A stretch of DNA of 64,000 nt. Source: Treponemataceae bacterium (GTDB taxonomy: Bacteria; Spirochaetota; Spirochaetia; Treponematales; Rectinemataceae). The notes beneath the pieces are model-generated. The model was not told where the DNA came from, searched no databases, and saw only the letters and a list, made by a program, of their open reading frames with translations. Of the stretch, positions 11,067 to 20,434 are shown in pieces (within the stretch, counting starts at the first letter, position 1; each line of letters begins with the position of its first letter). A program made the position numbers and the translations under genes. The DNA lies in assembly GCA_963677895.2 (NCBI GenBank), contig CAXXGJ010000038.1:373512-437511 (forward strand), given 5' to 3'.

Positions 11067-11819
11067 CTAGAATGTCCAGGAAGTGAGAACCTCATGACCG
11101 GATTCGGTGACGAGAACGCTGTGCTCGTAATGCGCCGACAGGGACCCGTCGAGCGTCACCACCGTCCAGTCGTCGGCCAGTTCCTTCACGTCGCCCTTGC
11201 CCGCGTTTATCATCGGTTCGATGGCGATGACCATGCCGGGGAGCAGTCTGGGGTTGGGTCCGCTGGAGATATAGTTGGGGATCTGCGGATCCTCGTGCAT
11301 CTCAAGACCGACGCCATGGCCGCAGTACTGGCGCACCACGCCGTAACCATAGCGCGTGGCATGGCTGAAAACCGCCCTGGCGATGTCGTGGATGCGGGCG
11401 CCGGGAACGACGGCCGCTATGGCCTTGTCGAGACATTCCCTTGTCACCCGCATGAGCTGATCCGCCTCGGGGCTGACCTTTCCGACGGCCCAAGTGACCG
11501 CGGAGTCGGAAAAATAGCCATCCAGCTCAATGCCGTAGTCTGCGCCGATGATGTCGCCCTCGACGAGGCGGCGCTTGCTGGGAATGCCATGTATGACGGT
11601 TTCGTTCACGGAAAGACAGATGGAGGCCGGATAGCCCTCGTAGTCGAGGAAGGCCGGCTTGCCTCTATGCTTTATCGTGTAGTCGTAGGCGAACTTGTCG
11701 AGTTCGAGAAGACTAACCCCGGGCTGAACCATGGGGCGAAGCTTTTCGAGAAATTCTGAGAGGAGGGCGCAGGATTTGCGGATGCCTTCAATCTGTTCCT
11801 TGTTCTTGAGTCTGATCAT
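11067..11819 (-). CDS. map: type I methionine aminopeptidase
   Basis: The metal-ligand context is complete: VIHGIPS, GADYG, YCGHGVGLEMHEDP, VIAIEPM and HYEHSVLVT. The protein is 250 aa. Confidence 0.95.
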   Translation of the reverse strand: MIRLKNKEQIEGIRKSCALLSEFLEKLRPMVQPGVSLLELDKFAYDYTIKHRGKPAFLDYEGYPASICLSVNETVIHGIPSKRRLVEGDIIGADYGIELDGYFSDSAVTWAVGKVSPEADQLMRVTRECLDKAIAAVVPGARIHDIARAVFSHATRYGYGVVRQYCGHGVGLEMHEDPQIPNYISSGPNPRLLPGMVIAIEPMINAGKGDVKELADDWTVVTLDGSLSAHYEHSVLVTESGHEVLTSWTF

Positions 11820-11828
11820 GTACCTGCC

Positions 11829-12284
11829 TCAGCGCTTAGCGTCTGGGTTTTCCCCTCCGGAGTCTCCCTGCCCGGCATCCTTGTGGATCCCGTCCAGCAC
11901 GCCGTTGATGAATTTATATGAATCTTCCGAACCATATTCCTTGGCGATTTCGATGGCTTCGTCGATCGTGATCTGGGCGGGGATGTCGTCCTGGAAGAGG
12001 AGGCAATAGGTCCCCATCCTCAAGATGGCCAGATCGACTTTCTTGAGTCTCTCGAAGGGCCAGTGGGACAAGTGCTTCTTTATCCTCGCGTCGATCTCTT
12101 CCAGGTTTTCGAGGGTTCCCGCGATGATGAGCCTCGTGAACGCGGCCGTATCGTCCTCAAGCTGTTCGACTTTCGAAGCCTCGAGCCAGGCGAATTTGAG
12201 AAGATCGTCGAGCGACGAACGGGAAGCTTCCCAGGCGTACAGTGCCTGAAAAGCGAGTATTCTTGCTTTCCTGCGTGAAGCCAT
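11829..12284 (-). CDS. nusB: transcription antitermination factor NusB
   Basis: The N-terminus RRKARILAFQALYAWE and the 151 aa all-helical profile fit NusB. Confidence 0.9.
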   Translation of the reverse strand: MASRRKARILAFQALYAWEASRSSLDDLLKFAWLEASKVEQLEDDTAAFTRLIIAGTLENLEEIDARIKKHLSHWPFERLKKVDLAILRMGTYCLLFQDDIPAQITIDEAIEIAKEYGSEDSYKFINGVLDGIHKDAGQGDSGGENPDAKR

Positions 12285-12297
12285 CAGCTCCCTCTTT

Positions 12298-13326
12298 TTA
12301 CCATTTCAGATTTTCGTCAAAGGTCTTTATGGAAGCCTCGCCCCTGAGCTTCGTGATGAGATCGGCTTCCAGCTTGTCCATGAACTGCGCTTCCTTCGCC
12401 GAAGCCACCTGATAGGCGATGAACTGCTGGATGGTCATGTTCTGGTTGCCAGGGACAGGGTCGGCCAGGCCGAGCTGCTTCTGCGGAAGGAACTCGTTCG
12501 CCCTCACGATCCTGTATCCGGTGGGACTCTCGACCATGCCGGAGATATCGCCGGCCTTGAGCTTGAAGACGACGTCGAAGAGGTCCTCGCCGAAAAGGCT
12601 CTTGTTCTGGGCGGTCTTTTCTATATAGAGGGAAGGTATGGACTTGTACCCCGCAGCGTCGCTGGATCTCAACATGTACTCGTCGAATTTCGTGGGATTG
12701 ACCTTGAGCGCGGAGGCTACCGACTGCAGCGTATCCTTCGCCTTCTTGGCGTCGGCATCGCTCTTGAGCCTCGTGTCCACATAGAGGACGCTGACTCTCA
12801 TGGTGTCCGGGCGGACGAGCGAAGCCTTCGCGAGATCATAGGCTTTGAGAATCTCGTCGGCGCTGGGAGCCACGAGAATCGTCTTCAGCTCATCCTTCCG
12901 CTTGGTCTGGACATAGGTCTCGAAGAGAAGACGCTGGCGGACATATACTTTCGGCTCGACGAAGACGCCGCTTGCCCTCAGCTGGCTTTCCAGATCCTCA
13001 TCCGTCGCCTTGGCCCCAAGGCTGGACTTCATCTGCGCGAGGGCGTTGTTGATATCGGTATCGCTTACGGAAATCTTCTCCCTTTCGCAGAATTGCACGA
13101 AAAGGAGACTGTTGATTCTCGCGTCGAGGACTTGCTTGATCTGTTCGGCGGTGAACGTGATGCCAGCGGCCTTTTCGAGACGCTGGACGTCGGTCTTGAT
13201 CTGGCGGACGGAGATCACTTCCTGCTTGACCAGTTTAATAGTGGCCGCAGGTTTATCGATGGAAGTCTGGGCGCCGAGGGCGGCCAGACCTACGAGGGCA
13301 AACAAAGCAGGTAAAATCTTTCTCAT
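12298..13326 (-). CDS. SurA-like periplasmic chaperone / parvulin-type peptidyl-prolyl isomerase
   Basis: A signal peptide (LFALVGLAALGAQT) precedes a SurA-N-like helical region. The C-terminal part is parvulin-like (GDISGMVESPTGYRIVRANE). Confidence 0.75.
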   Translation of the reverse strand: MRKILPALFALVGLAALGAQTSIDKPAATIKLVKQEVISVRQIKTDVQRLEKAAGITFTAEQIKQVLDARINSLLFVQFCEREKISVSDTDINNALAQMKSSLGAKATDEDLESQLRASGVFVEPKVYVRQRLLFETYVQTKRKDELKTILVAPSADEILKAYDLAKASLVRPDTMRVSVLYVDTRLKSDADAKKAKDTLQSVASALKVNPTKFDEYMLRSSDAAGYKSIPSLYIEKTAQNKSLFGEDLFDVVFKLKAGDISGMVESPTGYRIVRANEFLPQKQLGLADPVPGNQNMTIQQFIAYQVASAKEAQFMDKLEADLITKLRGEASIKTFDENLKW

Positions 13327-13486
13327 CTTTTATACTCGCTCTTGCTTCATACATAGCCTATAAGGCGGAAATCCTACACAGTTTATAACAAACCCGATTG
13401 GAGAAGGTAAACCAAAACCCAGGGTATTTCAATAGAGCAGAGACATTTCGATCGGTCCGCCGCGCGATCGGGCGCGGAAAATCCTC

Positions 13487-14365
13487 TCAGACGAGCGGAT
13501 CGACGTCGGCTTCGGCGAGACGCCTGCGGACCGCGCTCAGTCCCGGCAGCCTGGGCACAAGGCAGGACGCCCGCTCGAGGGCTTGATGCGCCTCGCCCCA
13601 TTCCTTGCGGCGCAGATGGACCTCGGCTTTTTTCCTAAGGAACTGCGCCGAATCCCTGATCCCCACCTCGAGGGCGATGGATTCCTCCAGCCTGTCGAGA
13701 TAGTCGTCCTCGTCTATCCGTCCCGGCATTTTCTGCAGCACCAGCGTTCTGAACTTCAGGGCGACGACATCGTAATAGTAACGGAACCAGGCCTTTTCGT
13801 GTTCCATGGCGATGAGCCGCTTGTATATGGCGTAGGCCTTGAGGAGCCGCCCTCGTTTTTCGTATTCCTCGGCCAGGCAGTATTCGGCGTCCATGGCGTC
13901 GCCTCTTTCCAGCCAGCGTTCGAGCCTGAAATCGCCGAAGGATTTGGAACGCTCATAGGTTTCCAGGGCTTCGTCGTCGAAGTTGTGGAGAAGGTCGTAG
14001 ACAATGAGCTTGGCCTGACTCTCGGGATCGTGGGTTCTGGCCTTCAGGAAAGCCCTGTAATTGAATCCGCCCTGTTCGAGCTTCTGTCTCCTCAGGCTGC
14101 GGTCGTATGCGCGCCGCTTTTCGCCGTCCGATAGGATCCTGTAGGCTTCGAGGATGAGGCGCATCGCCGATTCGCGCACCGAGGCCACCGAACCCTTGGC
14201 CGTCTTGCCATAGTCGATTTTCCCCTGGACCTCTTGGCCAACCGAGGGTCTTTCGGAGGCGCTCGTGTCGGGATGGTATTTCTTCGCTTTTTTCCTGAAG
14301 GCGCTTTTTATGGCGCTTTGATCCGAGTCGGGAGGGACGCCAAGCACATCATAGTAATTTTCCAC
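13487..14365 (-). CDS. J-domain (DnaJ-like) protein with helical repeat C-terminal region
   Basis: The J-domain YYDVLGVPPDSDQSAIKSAFRKKAKKYHPD includes the HPD motif. No DnaJ Zn-finger is present. The start is GTG at 14365. Confidence 0.8.
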   Translation of the reverse strand: MENYYDVLGVPPDSDQSAIKSAFRKKAKKYHPDTSASERPSVGQEVQGKIDYGKTAKGSVASVRESAMRLILEAYRILSDGEKRRAYDRSLRRQKLEQGGFNYRAFLKARTHDPESQAKLIVYDLLHNFDDEALETYERSKSFGDFRLERWLERGDAMDAEYCLAEEYEKRGRLLKAYAIYKRLIAMEHEKAWFRYYYDVVALKFRTLVLQKMPGRIDEDDYLDRLEESIALEVGIRDSAQFLRKKAEVHLRRKEWGEAHQALERASCLVPRLPGLSAVRRRLAEADVDPLV

Positions 14366-14369
14366 GTAT

Positions 14370-14777
14370 CTAGCCCCGTAAAAGTGGTGCTTCCCGCGCC
14401 GCCGCTATCGATTCGCCATCGTTCGCGACGACTTCGCCCATCGTGACGATCATGCCTTCCTTCTCGAGAGACGTCATCATGACCGCGAGTGCTTTTTGGG
14501 GAAGGAGTCCGGACTTGACGAGAAGGGCCATGGTCCGTTTGCCCACGAGATTCCCGCCGCTTGAAAGCTGCTCGCCGAGCTTTTTGCCGATGCCGCTTCC
14601 GAGTCCGCTGGGTTCCGAGCATACCACCAGGAAGTCGTACGTGGATAGTCGATAATCCACAGCCTCGAAAAAGTCCGAGACATGACCCATCAGGCTGAAT
14701 TCGCGCGAGGCCGCGCGGGCCAGTTTCATGAGTCTGTCGGTTTTTTTTTCGCTTATGGCGACAACAGCAATACGCAT
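14370..14777 (-). CDS. hypothetical protein (small alpha/beta, flavodoxin-like pattern)
   Basis: The 135 aa ORF has an ATG start preceded by AGGAA. It is tightly packed between the usp gene and the J-domain gene. I recognise no diagnostic motif. Confidence 0.5.
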   Translation of the reverse strand: MRIAVVAISEKKTDRLMKLARAASREFSLMGHVSDFFEAVDYRLSTYDFLVVCSEPSGLGSGIGKKLGEQLSSGGNLVGKRTMALLVKSGLLPQKALAVMMTSLEKEGMIVTMGEVVANDGESIAAAREAPLLRG

Positions 14778-14826
14778 TTATTCCTCGCGGCTACTATAGC
14801 AACGAACAAGAATCGTAACAATCCGT

Positions 14827-15309
14827 TTACAGGCCCCTATAGAGCTCTTCTCCCGTACCCGGCTTGATGAATATGACCGGGCAGCGCGCGTTCCTGAGAA
14901 TTTCACGGTTCGCGTCGGCGACGGCGTCCCTCGACTGCATTTCGGAGGGCTGACCGCCGATGACAATGCAGTCGGCGCCGTGCTCTATCGAAGCCCTGAT
15001 GATCTCGCCCGGCACCGAGCCCTTTCCGAGGAGCGTCTCCACGGTAAGGCGCTTTTTCGCGGCGATTTCCACGCAGAAATTGAGATAGCGGCGGCCCGAA
15101 TTCTCCAGGCTCCGCTCGTACTCCTCGCTCTCGTCGGGCACGAATATCCGGGAGAGGGCGAGCTGGCGTATGGTGGCAGTATCGACGACATAACAGGCGA
15201 TGACCTTCGAACCGAACTGCTTCTTCATGGCGAGCGCGTATTTCAGCGCGTCGATGGAGGCTTCCGAACCGTTGATCGCCACGAGAAGCGTCCTGAATAT
15301 CTGTATCAT
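14827..15309 (-). CDS. universal stress protein (UspA family)
   Basis: The protein reads MIQIFRTLLVAINGSEASIDALKYAL ... CIVIGGQ ... CPVIFIKP over 160 aa. The ATG at 15309 overlaps the atpD stop (ATGA). The longer track ORF start at 15564 overlaps atpD and is rejected. Confidence 0.8.
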   Translation of the reverse strand: MIQIFRTLLVAINGSEASIDALKYALAMKKQFGSKVIACYVVDTATIRQLALSRIFVPDESEEYERSLENSGRRYLNFCVEIAAKKRLTVETLLGKGSVPGEIIRASIEHGADCIVIGGQPSEMQSRDAVADANREILRNARCPVIFIKPGTGEELYRGL

Positions 15310-15938
15310 AAGGCGTCCTGCTCCGACATCCGCTGTTTGAGCAACTTCACGGCGAATAGGGATTCGCGATCCCGCTCGTCCAAGGTGGATTCTATGAATT
15401 TCACTATTTCTCCCGACCGGGGAATCACCATCTTGTCCAGGGCGTTGACGCGCCGCTGGGTTTTCTTGACCTCGCGGGCAAGCCGCCAGACGATGGATCG
15501 CAGGCCAGCGGCCGCGGCCAGTTTCTGAAGCAGCTCGCTGAACTCTATCACGGTTTCGTCGCATACGGCAAATGAATTTATGAAAGAATAGTTGAGTTCG
15601 GGGGCACCTGCCCGGACGACGAGGGTGGGCAGGTTCATGCCGCTGACGTTCACGTTCCCTGTCTTGAGGGTGATGGAGCGCACCGGTTTCGAGGAGAGGG
15701 CGAGCGCCCTTTCCCGGCCGACGACGAGGAGCATCTTCCGCAGGTGGCGATAGGATTTTTCGGTCAGTTCCCTGATCTCCTTCTCGAGGAGGCCGAGTTC
15801 GTCCATGCGCTTGAGCAGCTCTATGACGAGGATTTCGCGCTTCTTCTCGAGGAGATCGTAGCCCTGGAGCGCGAGCCCGAGGCTGCGCTTTTCGTTGATG
15901 AGGTTGGTTTTGGTAGGGGCCGGATAGGCTTGTGCCAT
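15306..15938 (-). CDS. atpD: V-type ATPase subunit D
   Basis: The N-terminus PTKTNLINEKRSLGLALQGYDLLEKKREIL is typical. The protein is a 210 aa coiled coil, and the gene follows subunit B. Confidence 0.9.
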   Translation of the reverse strand: MAQAYPAPTKTNLINEKRSLGLALQGYDLLEKKREILVIELLKRMDELGLLEKEIRELTEKSYRHLRKMLLVVGRERALALSSKPVRSITLKTGNVNVSGMNLPTLVVRAGAPELNYSFINSFAVCDETVIEFSELLQKLAAAAGLRSIVWRLAREVKKTQRRVNALDKMVIPRSGEIVKFIESTLDERDRESLFAVKLLKQRMSEQDAL

Positions 15939-15951
15939 GATCGACGCTCCT

Positions 15952-17340
15952 TTAGTTTCCCTTCCCGCGCTCGGGGAGATACTTGCTTATCAGGTTCTCG
16001 GGGATCCGCACCAGCTCTTCCCTGGGCAGCAGGGAGAGGATGGACCAGCCGAGGTCGAGGGTTTGCTCTATGCTTCTGTCCTCGAATTCGCCCTGGGCGA
16101 GGTATCTCGTCTCGAAGGCTTCGCCGAATTCCAGATAGACCTTGTCGCGCGCCGACAGTTCCTCCTCGCCGATGATGGCGGCCAGGTCCCGCACCGAACG
16201 CACGTAGGCGTAGGCCGAAAAGAGCTGGGAGGAGAGATCCCGGTGGTCTTCCCTCGTCATGCCCTCGCCGATGCCGTCCTTCATGAGGCGCGAGAGCGAA
16301 GGCAGGCCGGCGATGGGCGGGTAGACGCCGCGCTGGGCGAGGTCCCTCTCCAGGACGATCTGGCCTTCGGTGATGTAGCCGGTGAGGTCGGGTATGGGGT
16401 GGGATATGTCGTCGTTGGGCATCGAGAGGATGGGCAGCTGCGTGATGGAGCCCTCAGAGCCCTCGATGCGGCCCGCCCGCTCGTAGAGCGAAGCCAGGTC
16501 AGAATAGAGGTAGCCTGGATAGCCTTTCCGCGAGGGGACCTCGTTGCGCGCCGCCGAGACTTCGCGAAGCGCCTCGCAGTAATTGGTCATGTCCGTCATC
16601 ACGACGAGGACGTGCATGTTCTTTTCGTAGGCGAGGTACTCGGCGGCGGTCAAGGCGCTGCGGGGCGTAAGGAGCCGCTCGATGGAGGGGCTGTCCGCCA
16701 GGGAGAGGAACATGACGACGCGCGAGAGGACGCCCGACTGCTCGAAGGCGTCGATGAAGTAGCGCGCGACGTCGTATTTGATGCCCATGCCGGCGAAGAC
16801 GACGGCGAACTGGGTCTCCCCTCCCCTCACCTTGGCCTGCCTGATGATCTGGGCGGCCAGCCTGTTGTGGGGCAGCCCGTTGCCCGAGAAAATGGGCAGC
16901 TTCTGGCCGCGAATCAGCGTGTTCATCCCGTCGATAGCCGAGATGCCCGTCTGGATGAAGTCCCTGGGGTAGACGCGGGCGCTGGGGTTGATGGGGAGAC
17001 CGTTTATGTCGCGGAGATCGGAGGATGGTATTTCCGGGTAGCCGTCCATGGGTTTGCCGAGACCGTTGAAGATGCGTCCCACGATGTCGGGGCCGACGCG
17101 GAACTCGAGGGGCTTTTCCAGGTATTCGACCCATGCCTCGTCGAGCGATATTCCGGAGGTGTCGGAAAAAAGCTGTATGGCCACGGCCTGCTCCGAGATG
17201 TCGACGACGCGGCCTATCCTCAGCTGCCCGTACCTGTCCTTCACCCGCACGAGTTCGGAAAATCCCACGTTCTCCGTCCTCGAGGCGATGACGATGGGGC
17301 CGTCGGCCTTGGTCAGGCCCCTGTATTCGGTACCTCTCAT
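15952..17340 (-). CDS. atpB: V-type ATPase subunit B
   Basis: The 462 aa protein contains [21 protein letters not shown] and the surrounding conserved B-subunit core. Confidence 0.95.
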   Translation of the reverse strand: MRGTEYRGLTKADGPIVIASRTENVGFSELVRVKDRYGQLRIGRVVDISEQAVAIQLFSDTSGISLDEAWVEYLEKPLEFRVGPDIVGRIFNGLGKPMDGYPEIPSSDLRDINGLPINPSARVYPRDFIQTGISAIDGMNTLIRGQKLPIFSGNGLPHNRLAAQIIRQAKVRGGETQFAVVFAGMGIKYDVARYFIDAFEQSGVLSRVVMFLSLADSPSIERLLTPRSALTAAEYLAYEKNMHVLVVMTDMTNYCEALREVSAARNEVPSRKGYPGYLYSDLASLYERAGRIEGSEGSITQLPILSMPNDDISHPIPDLTGYITEGQIVLERDLAQRGVYPPIAGLPSLSRLMKDGIGEGMTREDHRDLSSQLFSAYAYVRSVRDLAAIIGEEELSARDKVYLEFGEAFETRYLAQGEFEDRSIEQTLDLGWSILSLLPREELVRIPENLISKYLPERGKGN

Positions 17341-19163
17341 TCTGTCACCGTCCTGTCTGTCGCGGCGTCAAACCCGGCCGCGGCGCCAAACCCAGCTGCC
17401 GCGTTGAGGCCCAATCCGGCGCCCAATTCGGCGAAAGCCTGCTGGATTTCCAGAAGGACACCCCGTCCTTCCTCGACGCGCTCGTTGGTTATGGAGCTTT
17501 TCAGCCGCATCAATCTGTTCCGCAGGGGCATGGCGGCTATCTTGGGCAGGGGCGTCCCGCCGTGAATGGCTTTTTCCGCCAATTCATGGAAGGTGAGAAT
17601 GCATTCGAGTATCATCGTCTGCCTCGCGGGGACGCAGTACATGTCGACCGCGTCGAAGCTGCTCTGTTGCAGGAATCCGGTCTTCAGGAGCTCGGCCGTC
17701 ATGAGTATAAGCCGCTGTTCGTCGGGAAGGGCATCGGGGCCTATGAGGCGCACGATCTCGGCGAGCTTGCGCTCTTTTTTCAGAATATCCATGGCCTTGG
17801 CCCTGAATTTCTTCCAGGAACTGTCGATGCCGTCCCAGAAGGCCATGAGATCGTCGGCGTATTCGGAATAGGAGTCGTTCCAGGAAATAGCCGGGTAATG
17901 GCGGGCGTTCGCGAGATCGCGGTCGAGGGCCCAGAAGCAGCGTATGAAGCGCTTGGTGTGCTGGGTCACCGGTTCCGAGAAGTCTCCGCCGGGAGGCGAA
18001 ACGGCCCCGATGATGGTGACGGAGCCTTTCTTTCCTTCCAGCGTCGTGACCATGCCTCCGCGCTCGTAGAATTCGGCGAGCCGCGTGGGAAGGTAGGCGG
18101 GGAATCCCTCCTCCGCGGGCATCTCCTCGAGGCGCCCGGAGAGTTCCCTCAGGGCTTCCGCCCAGCGGGAGGTTGAATCGGCCATGACGGCCACCTGGTA
18201 GCCCATGTCGCGGTAGTACTCGGCGATAGTGATACCCGTGTAGATCGAGACTTCGCGGGCGGCGACGGGCATGTTCGAGGTGTTGGCGATGAGGATGGTC
18301 CGCTCCATGAGGGACCGTCCCGTCCTCGGGTCGATGAGCCGCGGGAACTCGGTGAGGACATCGGTCATCTCGTTGCCGCGCTCGCCGCAGCCGATGTAGA
18401 CGATGATGTCGGCGTCGCACCATTTGGCGATCGCGTGCTGCGTCATCGTCTTGCCGGTGCCGAATCCGCCGGGCACGGCCGCGCATCCGCCCTTGGCCAC
18501 GGGAAAGAGCACGTCGATGACGCGCAGGCCTGTGACGAGAGGCTCGTTGGGCACGAGTTTCTGCGCGAACCCGCGGGCCTTCCGGACCGGCCAGCGCGAC
18601 GAGGCCGAGTATTCGTTCCCGGCGCCGGACTTCACGAGGGGCTGTGAAATGTCATAGTCGCCTTCGGCGGCCACCCAGGCGGCAGTCCCTGAAGGCGTCG
18701 TCCCGTCGAACACGAGCTTATGGAGAACGGAGGGCGTCTCCTGTATCGTTCCGAAGACGATGCCGGGACCGATGGGCTCGCCGACGGCCAGCGTCGGATG
18801 GAAACGCCACTTTCTTTTCGCGTCGAGGGCGTCGCCCGCGACGCCGGGCAGGAGCATGGGGCCTGAAAGAGCCTTCAGCACGGGCAGAGGCCGCTGTATG
18901 CCGTCGTAGATCGACCCGATGAGTCCGGGGCCGAGGAGGACGGAGAGGGGCTTGCCCTGGCATTCCACGGGCTCCCCCACCCTCATCATCGTGTTGTCCT
19001 CGTAGATCTGGATGGTGGCGATCTGGCCTTCGAGCCTGATGATCTCGCCTATCAGGCCGGCCGCGCCGACCTTCACCACATCGTAGAGCCCGGCCGACGC
19101 CATGCCCCTGGCCTTGACGATCGGTCCGGAAATTTTCGCTATTGTCCCTGCTCTCATCGCCAT
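17337..19163 (-). CDS. atpA: V-type ATPase catalytic subunit A
   Basis: Walker A is [12 protein letters not shown], and [11 protein letters not shown] is present. The 608 aa protein carries a short Gly/Ala-rich C-terminal tail. Its stop overlaps the atpB start (ATGA). Confidence 0.95.
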   Translation of the reverse strand: MAMRAGTIAKISGPIVKARGMASAGLYDVVKVGAAGLIGEIIRLEGQIATIQIYEDNTMMRVGEPVECQGKPLSVLLGPGLIGSIYDGIQRPLPVLKALSGPMLLPGVAGDALDAKRKWRFHPTLAVGEPIGPGIVFGTIQETPSVLHKLVFDGTTPSGTAAWVAAEGDYDISQPLVKSGAGNEYSASSRWPVRKARGFAQKLVPNEPLVTGLRVIDVLFPVAKGGCAAVPGGFGTGKTMTQHAIAKWCDADIIVYIGCGERGNEMTDVLTEFPRLIDPRTGRSLMERTILIANTSNMPVAAREVSIYTGITIAEYYRDMGYQVAVMADSTSRWAEALRELSGRLEEMPAEEGFPAYLPTRLAEFYERGGMVTTLEGKKGSVTIIGAVSPPGGDFSEPVTQHTKRFIRCFWALDRDLANARHYPAISWNDSYSEYADDLMAFWDGIDSSWKKFRAKAMDILKKERKLAEIVRLIGPDALPDEQRLILMTAELLKTGFLQQSSFDAVDMYCVPARQTMILECILTFHELAEKAIHGGTPLPKIAAMPLRNRLMRLKSSITNERVEEGRGVLLEIQQAFAELGAGLGLNAAAGFGAAAGFDAATDRTVTE

Positions 19164-19778
19164 TTATCCTCTTTCGGCCGTCGCGGGGAACAATGCAGAA
19201 GCCAGTTCTCCCCTGTACTCGTCCAGAAGCCTTTCTTCAAGCTGCTTCTCGCCGAGCGTCATGACCATCGTCCCGTCCAGGCTCTCGATCACGATGCCGC
19301 GCTGGAGCGCGTCGACATCAGCCGCGGCTGATGCCGAGACCTCCACGTCGGATCCAAGAAGCTCCCCCATCTCCCGCAGCGAAGAGGCGTCGATGCCTCG
19401 GTGACTCATGCGCAGCTTCCGTCCCGCGAGGAGGGAGGAACGCTTCCTGAGTCCGGAAAGACACCAGGCGCCCAGATTCGCGTCGTCGAGGGCATCCAAG
19501 AATTTCGCGACCGAGGCCCTCATCGCGCCGTCGATGAAGCGCGCCCTGAGCCGCGTCTTTTCGAGGGGCATTTTCGAAAAGGTCTCCCGCTTCATCTGGG
19601 CTATCTTCTCGAGCTTGCGCGCCTCGAGCTCCGCGACCATTCCATCCAGCGTCTCGGCCGAATTCGCCTTCAGCCTTTCGGCCTCTTCCTTGGCCTTCTG
19701 GACAATCCTCTGGGCCTTCCTGGCAGCGTCGTCGAGGATTTCGCGTTCGAGCGCTTCGGTGCCTTTTATCTCTTCCAT
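19164..19778 (-). CDS. atpE: V-type ATPase subunit E (peripheral stalk)
   Basis: The 204 aa protein has a charged N-terminal coiled coil (EALEREILDDAARKAQRIVQKAKEEAERL). The position immediately upstream of atpA fits. Confidence 0.8.
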   Translation of the reverse strand: MEEIKGTEALEREILDDAARKAQRIVQKAKEEAERLKANSAETLDGMVAELEARKLEKIAQMKRETFSKMPLEKTRLRARFIDGAMRASVAKFLDALDDANLGAWCLSGLRKRSSLLAGRKLRMSHRGIDASSLREMGELLGSDVEVSASAAADVDALQRGIVIESLDGTMVMTLGEKQLEERLLDEYRGELASALFPATAERG

Positions 19779-19788
19779 AGGTCTTCCC

Positions 19789-20103
19789 TCATTGGATCTT
19801 GATGCCTATCGCCTGCCGGACGGCATCGACGAGCTGGACATGATCGGGCAAGGAGCCCGACAGGGGCGGTATTTCCACGACGAGAGGATAGCGCCCCGAC
19901 AATTGCCAGTCGATGAGTTCCGTCCCAAGCATGTCGGCGATATCCTCGGAGAGGATGAGCATCCTGCATTCCCCCGAAGCGCCGGTCACGCGGCGGAAGG
20001 TAGAGAGGGCGTCATCGGCGCCCGCCACCGCCGCCCCATCCACGCCGATCATCCTGAAAGCGATGACGAGTTCTTCTTCGGCGAGGACGAATATTTCCTT
20101 CAC
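19789..20103 (-). CDS. atpF: V-type ATPase subunit F
   Basis: The 104 aa protein has a GTG start. The pattern IFVLAEEELVIAFRMIGV ... ILSEDIA is typical of subunit F. Confidence 0.8.
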   Translation of the reverse strand: MKEIFVLAEEELVIAFRMIGVDGAAVAGADDALSTFRRVTGASGECRMLILSEDIADMLGTELIDWQLSGRYPLVVEIPPLSGSLPDHVQLVDAVRQAIGIKIQ

Positions 20104-20115
20104 GGATTCCCGTCC

Positions 20116-20421
20116 CTAGAGGAGGAGGATAAGCAAGGCCACGAGGAAACCCCAGAGGCAGATGCCTTCCGCGAGCCCAACGTAGGGAAGCGCCTTGCCG
20201 GAGAGTTCGGGCTTTTCCGCCATGGCTCCCATCGCCGCCGATCCGATCTTGGCCACGGCCATGCCGCCGGCCACGGCCGCCACGCTCACGGCGAGGGCGG
20301 CGGCGAGATACTTGATGCCGCCGGTCCAGGCCGATACGGGGGCGGTCGCCCCTTGAGTCTGGGCGAAAGCGGAGGCGCTGCCCGCCGCGGCCAGAAGTGC
20401 CGTCGTGATTTTCTTCTTCAT
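20116..20421 (-). CDS. atpK: V-type ATPase proteolipid subunit K (single hairpin) with signal-peptide-like N-terminus
   Basis: Two TM helices are present, with the carboxylate in GLAEGICLWGF. The ATG at 20421 is preceded by AGGAG at 6 nt. The N-terminus is MKKKITTALLAAAGSASAFA-QTQ. Confidence 0.8.
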   Translation of the reverse strand: MKKKITTALLAAAGSASAFAQTQGATAPVSAWTGGIKYLAAALAVSVAAVAGGMAVAKIGSAAMGAMAEKPELSGKALPYVGLAEGICLWGFLVALLILLL

Positions 20422-20434
20422 GAACAACTCCTTT

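Noticed and set aside
13440-13486. A GC hairpin CCGCGC-CCGATC-GCGCGG downstream of the J-domain gene, considered as a terminator.
   Set aside because: No U-tract follows it on the transcribed strand and the stem is only 6 bp. That is not enough to call an intrinsic terminator.
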